Source: Alphaproteobacteria bacterium (GTDB lineage: Bacteria > Pseudomonadota > Alphaproteobacteria > SP197). From it: 64,000 nucleotides of DNA. The notes under the pieces were generated by a model. That model made no database searches, was not told the DNA's origin, and worked only from the letters and a program-made list of their open reading frames with translations. Made by a program: the position numbers and the translations under genes. Shown here one piece after another: positions 44,593 through 54,548 of the stretch; positions within the stretch are counted from its first letter, which is position 1, and each line of letters opens with the position of its first letter. The DNA lies in assembly GCA_965200745.1 (NCBI GenBank), contig CBDAUZ010000002.1, positions 53,928 to 117,927 of the forward strand, read 5' to 3'.

Positions 44593-45705
44593 TTGTTGCG
44601 CATGAAACCCGTGTGCCGTATCTCCGGTCCGGTCGACCAACCATTAACGTCAGTCACGCGATCCTCCAGACTGGAAGGGCATGATTTGTCCAGTTCATCG
44701 TTTCCCGGCCGATACCCCGATACACGATTGCGGCGTTTGCGTCGCAGTCACTGGATACGCAATCTGGTTGCTGAATCGACACTGGATGTCCGGGACCTGA
44801 TATGGCCTGTTTTCGTCGTTGAAGGTTCTGGTGCCCGGCAACCTGTCGACGTCATGCCGGGTGTCGAGAGGTATTCGATTGACACGCTCCTTGCTGTTGC
44901 ATCGGACGCGTTTGAACTGGGAATTCCGGCCATCGCGGTCTTTCCGTGTACACCTGAAGACAAGAAGTCACCTGACGGCGCGGAGGCCACCAACCCGGAT
45001 AATCTGGCCTGCCGGGCCATTCGGGCGATCAAGGACGCGCTTCCGGACCTCGGCGTCATTGTCGATGTCGCACTGGATCCATACACGACACATGGTCACG
45101 ACGGCATATTGCGTGATGGCGATGTTGCGAACGACGAATCTGTCGCGTACCTGGTCGAACAGGCACTGGTACAGGCCGATGCGGGGTGTGACATCATCGC
45201 ACCCAGTGACATGATGGATGGTCGGATCGGTGCAATCCGCCAGGCGCTCGATGGCGCCGGCAAGTCGGATGTCGCCATCATGTCCTATTCGGCGAAATAC
45301 GCATCTTCGCTCTACAATCCATTCCGCGGTGCCCTCGGATCAGCGGGCAACCTCGGCCCCGCCAACAAGAAATCCTACCAGATGAACCCGGCAAACTCGG
45401 AAGAGGCACTACGGGAGGTGACACTTGACCTTGCCGAGGGTGCCGACATGATCATGATCAAGCCAGGACTTCCCTACCTCGATGTTGCGTATCGCGTAAA
45501 ACGTGATCTGCAGGTTCCGGTTTTCGCGTATCAGGTATCGGGGGAATATGCGATGCTGGAAGCTGCATGCCGAAGCGGTTATCTGGACCCGCAAAGGGCA
45601 TGGCCGGAAATCCTGCACGCATTCAAGCGTGCTGGGTGTAACGGGATCCTGACCTACGCGGCGCTGCGCATGGCGCGCTGCCTTTCCGATGGTTCATGGC
45701 GTTGA
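44593..45705 (+). CDS. hemB: Porphobilinogen synthase (delta-aminolevulinate dehydratase)
   Basis: 370-aa ORF with PDTRLRRLRR, MMDGRIGAIRQALD, SYSAKYASSLYNPFR and MIKPGLPYLD. The real start is probably downstream (ATG 44602 or the TTG before SSSSFPGRYPD). Confidence 0.9.
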   Translation: MLRMKPVCRISGPVDQPLTSVTRSSRLEGHDLSSSSFPGRYPDTRLRRLRRSHWIRNLVAESTLDVRDLIWPVFVVEGSGARQPVDVMPGVERYSIDTLLAVASDAFELGIPAIAVFPCTPEDKKSPDGAEATNPDNLACRAIRAIKDALPDLGVIVDVALDPYTTHGHDGILRDGDVANDESVAYLVEQALVQADAGCDIIAPSDMMDGRIGAIRQALDGAGKSDVAIMSYSAKYASSLYNPFRGALGSAGNLGPANKKSYQMNPANSEEALREVTLDLAEGADMIMIKPGLPYLDVAYRVKRDLQVPVFAYQVSGEYAMLEAACRSGYLDPQRAWPEILHAFKRAGCNGILTYAALRMARCLSDGSWR

Positions 45706-46901
45706 CAACACCGCTGGAAACTAGAGGCCCCCTTTCCGGTATCACGGTCGTCGACCTGACGCGTGTACTCGCCGGTCCATTTTGCACGATGGTGCTTCTT
45801 GATCTTGGTGCACGCATCATCAAGGTCGAGCAGCCCGAAACGGGAGACGAAGCGCGCGGAATCGGTCCGTTCATTGGTTCCGTTTCAGGATATTTTGCTT
45901 CGGTCAATCGCGGCAAGGAGAGCATAACGCTTGACCTCAAGAACCCGGACGACCGGGAAGTCCTGCACGCTGTTCTCACCCGTGCCGATATTCTGATAGA
46001 AAACTTCAGACCCGGTGTCATGGATCGCCTCGATCTGGGCTGGGAGCAGCTGAAGGAGACCTATCCGGCGTTGATCTACACGAGCGTTTCCGGCTTCGGG
46101 CACACCGGGCCGTACAGGGACTATCCGGCCTATGATCTGGTCGTTCAGGCGATGGGGGGCATGATGAGCCTGACAGGTCATCCCGACGGAGCGCCAACAC
46201 GCGTTGGATCGTCAATGGGTGATATCACGGCGGCACTTTTCGCCGCTATCGGGATCTGTTCCGCGCTCTATGACCGGTCCGTCACCGGCAAGGGTCAAAA
46301 GATTGATATCGGCATGCTTGATTGTCAGGTGGCCATTCTTGAAAACGCCATTGTCCGGCATTCAGCCACGGGCGAGATTCCGCAGGCTCTTGGATCCCGG
46401 CACCCGTCCATCGTGCCGTTCGACGCCTTTCGATCAGCAGACGGACACATTGTCATCGCAGCCGGCAACGACACGCTGTTCACCCGTCTGTGCACGGCAC
46501 TCGATCGCCCCGACCTGCCGACGGATGAACGGTTTTCAATCAATTCCAGCCGTGCCCGACATGTCGAGGAACTGACACAGGAAATGAATGCCGTACTGCA
46601 GACCAGGAACACCGACCACTGGCTTGCAGTGCTGCGCGGGTCAGGTGTGCCATGCGGCGCCATCAACACGGTGGATCAGGTCGTTGCAGACGCACACGTC
46701 AACGCCAGAAACATGATCGTTGAATCGAATGACCCGGTGGAAGGCACCATTCGTCTGGCAGGCAACCCGGTCAAGTTTTCCACATACGCTGACTCTGGTG
46801 TACGCGGGACGGTACCGCGACTGGGTGAACATCGCGATGCAATCATCGCGGAAGTTTCGGATCTGTTGCATGTGAATGCAGGAACAGACCCGGGATCGTG
46901 A
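45696..46901 (+). CDS. CaiB/BaiF family (type III) CoA-transferase
   Basis: 401 aa with LSGITVVDLTRVLAGPFCTMVLLDLGARIIKVE. It overlaps the hemB stop by 10 nt. Confidence 0.9.
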   Translation: MALTTPLETRGPLSGITVVDLTRVLAGPFCTMVLLDLGARIIKVEQPETGDEARGIGPFIGSVSGYFASVNRGKESITLDLKNPDDREVLHAVLTRADILIENFRPGVMDRLDLGWEQLKETYPALIYTSVSGFGHTGPYRDYPAYDLVVQAMGGMMSLTGHPDGAPTRVGSSMGDITAALFAAIGICSALYDRSVTGKGQKIDIGMLDCQVAILENAIVRHSATGEIPQALGSRHPSIVPFDAFRSADGHIVIAAGNDTLFTRLCTALDRPDLPTDERFSINSSRARHVEELTQEMNAVLQTRNTDHWLAVLRGSGVPCGAINTVDQVVADAHVNARNMIVESNDPVEGTIRLAGNPVKFSTYADSGVRGTVPRLGEHRDAIIAEVSDLLHVNAGTDPGS

Positions 46902-47019
46902 CGCGCAGACCGGCGTACATCGTGAAGAACCTCCCTGCCCGTTCGATCATGCACAGGCTGGCTGGATTTCGACCCGTCGCGACTGCTCCTGTTCTTCAAT
47001 CCAGGTCAGCGGCAACATC

Positions 47020-49407
47020 ATGATCGGGTGCCTGTTTCTTTTTCTGAAGGGTCTTTTCTTCCTCATTATCTTTGTGCTGCTCGGGGTTTTTCTGGGCTTT
47101 TTCGGACTGGTCCTCTGGTTCAACGATTCGTTGCCGAAAACCGACGGTCACATTCTTGTCGAAGGGTTACAGGACGAGATCGAAATTCTCAGGGATGACT
47201 GGGGCATTCCACACATATTCGCGCAGTCGCCGTCAGACGCCTACTTCGGCCTGGGCTTTGTTCACGCTCAGGACAGGATGTTTCAGATGGAACAACAGCG
47301 GAGGCTCGCGCAGGGGCGGCTTTCGGAGGTTGTCGGCCCACTGGCGGTCGACATAGACAAGTTCATGCGCCTGCTCGACCTTCACCGTTCAGCAAGCGCA
47401 AGCTACGCGATCATGAACGCGCATGCGCGCGAGACACTTGATGCCTACGCGGCCGGTGTGAACCAGTTTCTCGAAACACACAATGGTTCCCTGTCACCTG
47501 AATTCACACTGCTCCTGGCTGACGATCCGGAGAACTGGAAACCTGCCGATTCAGTCGTCTGGATGAAAATGATGGCGTTGTTGCTCTCAGGAAACTGGCG
47601 CGACGAGATCCTGCACGCGCAGCTGATCGAACGGCTCGGGCCCGAGAAGGCGGCAAGTTTCTTTCCCGGAAACCCGGCTGATCAGCCGGCAATCATTCCG
47701 TCATCGGACGCGGCAGGTTTGCGCAAACTTGGCGACCTGCTCGCCTGGCTCGGCCCATCGACGGACAATGGCTCGAACAACTGGGCGGTTGACGGGCGTT
47801 TCACCAGCACCGGTCATCCCCTGCTTGCGAACGACCCGCACCTGCGGTTTGCGATCCCTTCGGCGTGGTATCTCGCCCATCTTGAGGCACCGTCGTTAAC
47901 CGTCATGGGTGCAACGCTGCCAGGTATGCCGGTGTTTGCGGTGGCAACCAACGGTGAAATCGCGTGGAGCCTCAGCAATACAGGCCCGGATACCCAGGAT
48001 GTTTTCATCGAAACAGTCGATCCGGAAAACCCTGCACGCTACATGACACCCAACGGGTCGGAACCGTTCGCGGTTCGTGACGAACGCATCGTCGTCAGGT
48101 TCGCACCCGACAAATCGGTCCGCATGCGGGAGACGCGTCACGGGCCCGTACTCTCTGATTTTGTTGTCGAATGGTCAGATGAAGCAGAACGTGTCGCAGC
48201 ACTCGCGTGGACCATCCTGCACGATGACGATCTCAGTGTGCAGGCTGCGCTCGAACTGCATACAGCGACATCCTGGAACGACCTTCTGGCGTTTACGCGT
48301 GCCTTCACCGGACCGGTGCAGAACATTGTCTATGCCGACCGTCTCGGAAACATCGGATTGTTGGTCCCGGGCGTCATTCCTGTCCGGCGCGATGGTCGCG
48401 GCCTGGTTCCGGTGGATGGCTCAGGCGACGCGTTCGACTGGACCGGCCGGATTCCGCACGGCGAAATGCCTACATTGCTGAATCCCCGTTCGGGTATCGT
48501 TGCTGCAGCAAACGATCGCCTGGTAGACGACAGTTACCCCTACTTTCTTGGACAACAATGGGCTCCGGGATTCCGCGGCAAGCGAATACGGGAACGACTC
48601 CAGGAACAGGCCACACACGACGTCGGAAGTTTCGCGTCCATACAGATGGATCTTCATGACGGTTTCGCGGTCGCCATGCTGCCACTGGCTCTGGGCGCTG
48701 AACCGGACACGCCCGGCGGACGTCTTCTGCAGGCGCGTCTGCAGGAATGGGACGGCACCATGCACCCGGAACTTGTCGCACCGACAGTATTCCATGCATG
48801 GTATCGCGAGTTTACACGCCTCGTTTATTCAGATGACCTCGGCGACCTGTTCGATGAAGCATGGTCCCGGCGTCCTCTGTTCGCACTCACACTTATCGAG
48901 AACGATCCGCATGGATGGTGTCTCAACGCGACCTTGCCAGCGGTCAAATCGTGCCAGGGTCTGGCTGGCATTGCATTCGACCATGCGTCGACATTCCTGG
49001 TATCGCGTTTTGGCGAGGACCGCGGAAACTGGAGCTGGGGCGATGTGCACGCGCTTGATCTTTCTCACACGATCTTCGGAATGATCCCCGTTCTCGATTC
49101 ACTGACGGATGTGAGAATTGAAATAGGCGGCAGCAGGCATACCGTCGCACAGGCGAGTTATGTTTTCGATAACGATGACAGTGTATTCTCTGCAGTCCAC
49201 GGAGCAGGTTTGCGCGCCATCGTTGAATTGAATGATCCGGTTAGCGGCCATTTTGTCATCCTCCCCGGACAATCGGGTAACCCGTTCTCACCCCACTATC
49301 AGAGCATGGTGGAGAGATGGATTTCCAATCAGCCCATTCGTCTGGAGTTCGGACGCAACAACGTCAATGCGGCCGCACGGTTGATCCTGGCGCCGAAGGA
49401 AACCTGA
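47020..49407 (+). CDS. Penicillin/AHL acylase family Ntn-hydrolase with N-terminal membrane anchor
   Basis: ORF 46876..49407. I prefer the start MIGCLFLFLKGLFFLIIF (codon 49). The autoproteolytic nucleophile motif DNGSNNWAV is present. Confidence 0.85.
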   Translation: MIGCLFLFLKGLFFLIIFVLLGVFLGFFGLVLWFNDSLPKTDGHILVEGLQDEIEILRDDWGIPHIFAQSPSDAYFGLGFVHAQDRMFQMEQQRRLAQGRLSEVVGPLAVDIDKFMRLLDLHRSASASYAIMNAHARETLDAYAAGVNQFLETHNGSLSPEFTLLLADDPENWKPADSVVWMKMMALLLSGNWRDEILHAQLIERLGPEKAASFFPGNPADQPAIIPSSDAAGLRKLGDLLAWLGPSTDNGSNNWAVDGRFTSTGHPLLANDPHLRFAIPSAWYLAHLEAPSLTVMGATLPGMPVFAVATNGEIAWSLSNTGPDTQDVFIETVDPENPARYMTPNGSEPFAVRDERIVVRFAPDKSVRMRETRHGPVLSDFVVEWSDEAERVAALAWTILHDDDLSVQAALELHTATSWNDLLAFTRAFTGPVQNIVYADRLGNIGLLVPGVIPVRRDGRGLVPVDGSGDAFDWTGRIPHGEMPTLLNPRSGIVAAANDRLVDDSYPYFLGQQWAPGFRGKRIRERLQEQATHDVGSFASIQMDLHDGFAVAMLPLALGAEPDTPGGRLLQARLQEWDGTMHPELVAPTVFHAWYREFTRLVYSDDLGDLFDEAWSRRPLFALTLIENDPHGWCLNATLPAVKSCQGLAGIAFDHASTFLVSRFGEDRGNWSWGDVHALDLSHTIFGMIPVLDSLTDVRIEIGGSRHTVAQASYVFDNDDSVFSAVHGAGLRAIVELNDPVSGHFVILPGQSGNPFSPHYQSMVERWISNQPIRLEFGRNNVNAAARLILAPKET

Positions 49408-49431
49408 CGCACAACAAGGTGGGTATCACGC

Positions 49432-50256
49432 TTGGAACCAGTGATTCTAGAACAACGACAAGCCCCACTTGTCATCAGCATGCCGCACACGGGGACCTGG
49501 ATTCCCGCTGACATCGCCGACACCCTCAGTCCGATTGCGCGCCGCCTTCCCGACACTGACTGGTGGGTCGAGCGACTCTACGCATTTGCAAGCGACTGTG
49601 GCGCAACGCTCATTCGCGCAACGCACGCGCGCTATGTCATCGACCTGAACAGGCCACCGGACAATTCCAATCTGTATCCGGGCTCGGACAGTACGGAACT
49701 CTGCCCATTGACGACGTTCGACCATGAGGAAATCTACCTGCCCGGCCAGGAACCGGACGACGACGAGATCACGCGCAGGCTTCACGAATACTGGCAGCCG
49801 TATCACGACGTCCTGAAGCAGCAGATCGAACGCCTGCGTTCTGCGCACGAAAACATACTGCTTTGGGATGCGCATTCCATTCGTTCCGTGGCACCGCGTT
49901 TTTTCGAGGGACGCCTGCCAGATCTCAATCTGGGGACCGGAGGGGGCGTGTCATGCGCGCCGCAATTACTGGATATCGTTTCAGATCGTGCCCGGGCAGA
50001 GGGAACCTACAGCGTCGCCGTGAACGGCCGATTCAAGGGCGGTTTCATCACCCGAAACTATGGTCATCCGGCAAGAGGTGTTCACGCTATTCAGCTGGAA
50101 CTCTCTCAGGCAACATACATGGAAGAGAAGCCCCCTTTCAGATTCCTCGATGAGCGCGCCGCCGCGGCTACGACAGCAATCGGGACCATGCTGCACGCGG
50201 CCATGGAATGGATCAACGCTTCACAGGCGAACGACGCATCGCCTGATCCCGGTTGA
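49432..50256 (+). CDS. N-formylglutamate amidohydrolase family protein
   Basis: 274-aa ORF (TTG start) with ISMPHTGTWIP and HAIQLEL motifs of the FGase family. Confidence 0.8.
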   Translation: MEPVILEQRQAPLVISMPHTGTWIPADIADTLSPIARRLPDTDWWVERLYAFASDCGATLIRATHARYVIDLNRPPDNSNLYPGSDSTELCPLTTFDHEEIYLPGQEPDDDEITRRLHEYWQPYHDVLKQQIERLRSAHENILLWDAHSIRSVAPRFFEGRLPDLNLGTGGGVSCAPQLLDIVSDRARAEGTYSVAVNGRFKGGFITRNYGHPARGVHAIQLELSQATYMEEKPPFRFLDERAAAATTAIGTMLHAAMEWINASQANDASPDPG

Positions 50257-50607
50257 GTCACATGATCGGCTGAACGAATGTGATAACGTGGCAAACCTGA
50301 AACCGGTAGTTCAGTTTTACCGGGGTTGCAGGCAGGAGACTGACACGATCATGGAAACCGGACCGGTCACCGCAAGCAGAATAGCTGACACGCGAAGCGC
50401 ACAGATTCTCTTACCGGGCATCAGGCGTCTTCCGCCTGGCGTCGAGCGTTATCTTGTCCCCGGCGCTGGTGCGATCGTGGTGCGGGCGATCAGCTCGTTG
50501 TCGTCAATCTGGAAGGCGGTCAAACATGCGAAATCGTTGCCATAACAAGTGATGGCCGGATTTCACCGGAGGTTCTCGGCCTCGGACAGCTCGGCAATGC
50601 TGGTGGC

Positions 50608-52710
50608 TTGCGCGCGATGCTTGCGCACGCAGGAGAAGAGAGCCATGTGCTCATGGATATACTTGAACGACATGGTGTTTCCCGGCGGCTTGATCGTTGT
50701 GCCACAGTATTCGATCAGGAATCGTCGGCCTATGACGAATGCATGACAACCGTTGAACACGATTGCACCATTGTCGTGGCGGCACCCGGTGAACCGATGG
50801 ATGTCGGGAGTCAGAACCCGCCATCACCGCTGGAAGTATTCCTGATACGCCAGAATCCATCCGAAGCCGCAGAAGCGCTGATACCGGACCCCCTCGCGGA
50901 ACCACGATACGAATACAGGATTGCTGCCGGGACGGCACACGCCTACGAGGTCCGTGCAGGTGAGTTCATCCAGATTCTCGATATTGAAGGCCGCGAGTGT
51001 TCCGATTTTCAGGCACTCTCCCTCCCCGCCCTCGAGAAAGGGCTTGAACGCGATATCGATCCAACTGCAACACGGGTTCTCTCAGGTGCGGCATATCCGG
51101 CGCCTGGATTGCATTCAAAACTGTTCGACCTGGATCTCCAGCCTTGTATCGAGATCATTCAGGACACCGTTGGCCGGCACGACAGTTTCAACTTTGCCTG
51201 CACCGCAAAATACTACGACGATGTCGGCTATCCGGGTCACGTGAACTGCACCGACAATTTCAACGCAGAATTGTCGAAGTGGCATGTTCGTCCGCGCAGC
51301 GGGTGGCAGGCGATGAATTTCTTCTACAACACGCTGCTCGACGACAACTATCAGATTTACCTGGATGAGCCCTGGTCGCGGCCCGGTGACTATGTTCTTT
51401 GCAAGAGCTTGCGCGATCAGGTTTGCATCAATTCTGCCTGCCCGGATGCCATCGACCCGGCCAATGGCTGGAATCCGACCGATATTCTCGTCCGGGTCTA
51501 TCCTGCCCGTAATGTGTTCAAGAAAGCCATAGCAACCAGAACCATGCCAGACTCCGATCCAAAGATGACCCGTGAAACCGGATTTCATTCAAACACTTCA
51601 AAACTGACCCGCAACTATGCGGAATACAACGGTTACTGGCTGCCGACACAGTTCACCAACCACGGAGCGATCGACGAATACTGGGCCTGTCGTGAACGGG
51701 TGATTGCGATGGACCTCACACCATTGCGAAAGTTCGAAGTAACCGGGCCCGACGCCGGTGAACTCATGCAAAGGACGCTTACACGCAATGTTCGGCGACT
51801 TGCAGATCACCATGTTGTCTATTCCGCCATGTGCTACGAACACGGTGGCATGATTGACGACGGAACGCTGTTTCGGTTGTCACAAACCGGTTACCGCTGG
51901 ATTGGCGGCACGGAATACGGTGGAACCTGGTTGAGAGAGCGCGCCCGGGAGTGGGGTCTGCGGGTACATGTGCGCAATTCAACAGACCAGTTGCATAACA
52001 TTGCCGTTCAGGGTCCGCAAAGCCGCGCGTTGCTGGCCGGCACGGTCTGGACACCGCCTGCAAATCCGCGCGTCGACGAGATCGGATGGTTCAGGTTCAC
52101 GGTTGGACGCATCGGCGACCATAACGGCGTTCCGGTTGTTGTCTCCCGTACGGGCTATACGGGAGAACTGGGTTATGAGATCTGGTGTCATCCCCGTCAC
52201 GCCAGCGAGGTCTGGGATTCCGTGTTCGACGCCGGAGAGGCCCATGGCATATCTCCTCTGGGACTGGATGCGCTTGATATGCTTCGCATTGAAGCCGGAC
52301 TCATTTTTGCCGGTTATGAATTCGACGACCAGACCGACCCCTATGAAGCTGGTATCGGCTTTACCGTTGCGCTGAAATCCACGGACGAGGATTTCGTGGG
52401 TCGTGCGGCGCTGGAACGCCGCAAGGCGAATCCGCAACGAAAGCTGGTCGGGCTCGAACTGGCGGGCAACGAAGCCGGCTCACATGGCGATGGTGTCTAT
52501 ATGGGCCGCGCCCAGGTCGGGGTTGTGACCAGCGGCATGATCTCACCCCTGCTGAAGAAGAACATCGCACTTTGTCGAATGGATATCACCCACGCCGCGA
52601 CCGGAACAGCCGTTGAAGTCGGAAAAATGGATGGCCATCAGAAACGTGTTCCCGCAACTGTCGTGCCATTCCCGTTCTACGACCCGAAGAAGGAGCGACC
52701 ACGCTCCTGA
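50608..52710 (+). CDS. DUF1989 domain fused to a GcvT-family (aminomethyltransferase fold, folate-binding) domain; 5' end apparently frameshifted
   Basis: 700-aa ORF. The N-terminal half has the DUF1989-like YEVRAGEFIQILDIEGRECSDF. The C-terminal half has GcvT-like LTPLRKFEVTGPDA...SRTGYTGELGYEIW. The coding signal continues upstream to an ATG at 50351 in another frame. Confidence 0.8.
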   Translation: MRAMLAHAGEESHVLMDILERHGVSRRLDRCATVFDQESSAYDECMTTVEHDCTIVVAAPGEPMDVGSQNPPSPLEVFLIRQNPSEAAEALIPDPLAEPRYEYRIAAGTAHAYEVRAGEFIQILDIEGRECSDFQALSLPALEKGLERDIDPTATRVLSGAAYPAPGLHSKLFDLDLQPCIEIIQDTVGRHDSFNFACTAKYYDDVGYPGHVNCTDNFNAELSKWHVRPRSGWQAMNFFYNTLLDDNYQIYLDEPWSRPGDYVLCKSLRDQVCINSACPDAIDPANGWNPTDILVRVYPARNVFKKAIATRTMPDSDPKMTRETGFHSNTSKLTRNYAEYNGYWLPTQFTNHGAIDEYWACRERVIAMDLTPLRKFEVTGPDAGELMQRTLTRNVRRLADHHVVYSAMCYEHGGMIDDGTLFRLSQTGYRWIGGTEYGGTWLRERAREWGLRVHVRNSTDQLHNIAVQGPQSRALLAGTVWTPPANPRVDEIGWFRFTVGRIGDHNGVPVVVSRTGYTGELGYEIWCHPRHASEVWDSVFDAGEAHGISPLGLDALDMLRIEAGLIFAGYEFDDQTDPYEAGIGFTVALKSTDEDFVGRAALERRKANPQRKLVGLELAGNEAGSHGDGVYMGRAQVGVVTSGMISPLLKKNIALCRMDITHAATGTAVEVGKMDGHQKRVPATVVPFPFYDPKKERPRS

Positions 52711-52838
52711 TCGAGTGAGACCGGACGCACGGGTTTCGACCTGACTGTCTGACGTCGTCGTCGGATTCAATGCATGCATTGACCGTTATGAAGACCGACG
52801 GTACCGGCAGGTAATTGAGCGCAACCGGGTTCGTTCAA

Positions 52839-54248
52839 TCAGGCCGATGCCTCGCTCAACAAACGTTGCGCCAGTTCACGTTTTTCGTCGGCCGACATCT
52901 TCTTCACCTCGTTATCGATTGACCTGTGGTTGATCGCGGTGTTCCAGTAGTCAAGTGAATCGAAACCAAGCAGGGCGTGTTTGCCGACAAACTGGCGAAG
53001 CACCTCGTTGGTCGGCCCCATGACCCAGCCAGCCTTGGCGTCCCTGAGGAGGCGTTCCATTCCGAGGCCAGCCTTGTATCCCGTGCCACCACAGGCGTGG
53101 AGCATCTTGTCCGATACTTCGTGCACGTTCTTTGCCGCCTGGAACTTGACTTGCCAAAGCTGGTTCAACAGTTCGGCCCGCGGCAGCGCTTCCAGATCTT
53201 CGTGCAATGACCAGTCGCAATTGTTTGTCGATTCGTCCATCGCCTTGGCCATACCCATGGTCATCATGCGGCTGGCATTGGTGCCGATAATTGCTTCACC
53301 GACATAGTCCTGAATGGTCGGGTAGTCGCAGACACGCAGACCGACGTCAACATGGCGTTTTCGCGTCGTGTGTCTTTTCGCGACATCGATCATGCCCATG
53401 GCAATGCCGTTCCAGGCACAGGACGAGTTGACAAGGAAAAACGTATCGACGGCTTCGTCATTGGAAACAGCACCGTCCCCCCTGGGACCGACCATGCGAT
53501 CCTTCGGAATCGTTACGTTGTCGACAAGCAATGCACCCGACTGGTTGCCGCGCATGCCCATACCATCCCATCCGGCCACATCGGCCTGAACCTCGTCAGC
53601 CATGATCAACCAGACAGACAGATCCGAATAGTCGCCGCCAAAGTCGGGGCTTGTGGTCTGAACGATATACCAGTCCGCAAAACCGCCGGAGGTTGTCCAG
53701 GATGCGCGTTTGTAGACCTTCCAGCCGTCCGGTGTGTCCTCGGCGCCAGAAGAAATCGGATACCAGAAATGGGAACCGGTTTCGGGGTCGGAATAGGACA
53801 GTGTGCCGATCAACACATCCTTGTCGATTCGCGAGAATATGTCCCGCAGCGGCTCGTTGTCGTGATAACGGAACAGACCCGCCGCGACCGCACCGTAATG
53901 CATCGTCAGGCACATTGCCGTCGAGGGACATCCGTATCGGGCCACAGTCTCGACAACCATCGCCATGCAGACATGGTTTTCACCCAGACCACCCAGTTCT
54001 TTCGGAACAAGCAGGCCGAGCAGGTTCATCGATGCAAGTGCTTCAAAATTTTTCCGGGGAAACTTGAATTCGCGATCGGATTCGACGGCGTTGACACTCA
54101 ATGTCGTACGACAAAGTTCGATCAGATCTCGCTGAATTTCTCTTTGTTTCTCGGTCAGGAAAAACTGCGGATCGTATTCGTATCCGATCCCCCAGTATTC
54201 CTCGTCACCCCACATCTTCACGCCGTTTTCCGTCGTGTCTTCGCTCAT
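52839..54248 (-). CDS. Acyl-CoA-dehydrogenase-fold protein, probable oxygenase component of a two-component flavin monooxygenase
   Basis: ORF 52839..54293. I prefer the start MSEDTTENG. It has an ACAD fold with a C-terminal extension and lies immediately downstream of a flavin reductase gene. Confidence 0.75.
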   Translation of the reverse strand: MSEDTTENGVKMWGDEEYWGIGYEYDPQFFLTEKQREIQRDLIELCRTTLSVNAVESDREFKFPRKNFEALASMNLLGLLVPKELGGLGENHVCMAMVVETVARYGCPSTAMCLTMHYGAVAAGLFRYHDNEPLRDIFSRIDKDVLIGTLSYSDPETGSHFWYPISSGAEDTPDGWKVYKRASWTTSGGFADWYIVQTTSPDFGGDYSDLSVWLIMADEVQADVAGWDGMGMRGNQSGALLVDNVTIPKDRMVGPRGDGAVSNDEAVDTFFLVNSSCAWNGIAMGMIDVAKRHTTRKRHVDVGLRVCDYPTIQDYVGEAIIGTNASRMMTMGMAKAMDESTNNCDWSLHEDLEALPRAELLNQLWQVKFQAAKNVHEVSDKMLHACGGTGYKAGLGMERLLRDAKAGWVMGPTNEVLRQFVGKHALLGFDSLDYWNTAINHRSIDNEVKKMSADEKRELAQRLLSEASA

Positions 54249-54548
54249 TTTGTGATCTCCGTACCTTCCCGTTTCAACCAGGCAAAGCACCACGCTTCAC
54301 ATTGACAGGTCACTCGCTTCTAACACCGGCATATTTCTGTCGCAACATTCGCGAAATGACAGGATGGCCGTCGCACAAACATCCCTTGTGGGCTGGCATA
54401 CATGTGTCGTCTGAAGAGGACGCGCACACCCTCGGCCGGGGTGCCAGTTCAGGTCATCAGACCGGAATTCGTGCAGACGATTCCCGGCCCGCGGCTATCA
54501 CGGCGCACAGGTGACCCGTTCAATGCCGTGTTATCGGAGTGCGATTTC

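Noticed and set aside
50257-50350. Glycine or THF-type riboswitch in front of the GcvT-family gene; cobalamin riboswitch in front of the MttB genes.
   Set aside because: I could not find the conserved cores (glycine-riboswitch GGAGAG...CACCG pattern, B12 box) by eye. An Rfam scan would be decisive, but nothing supports the call from the sequence alone.
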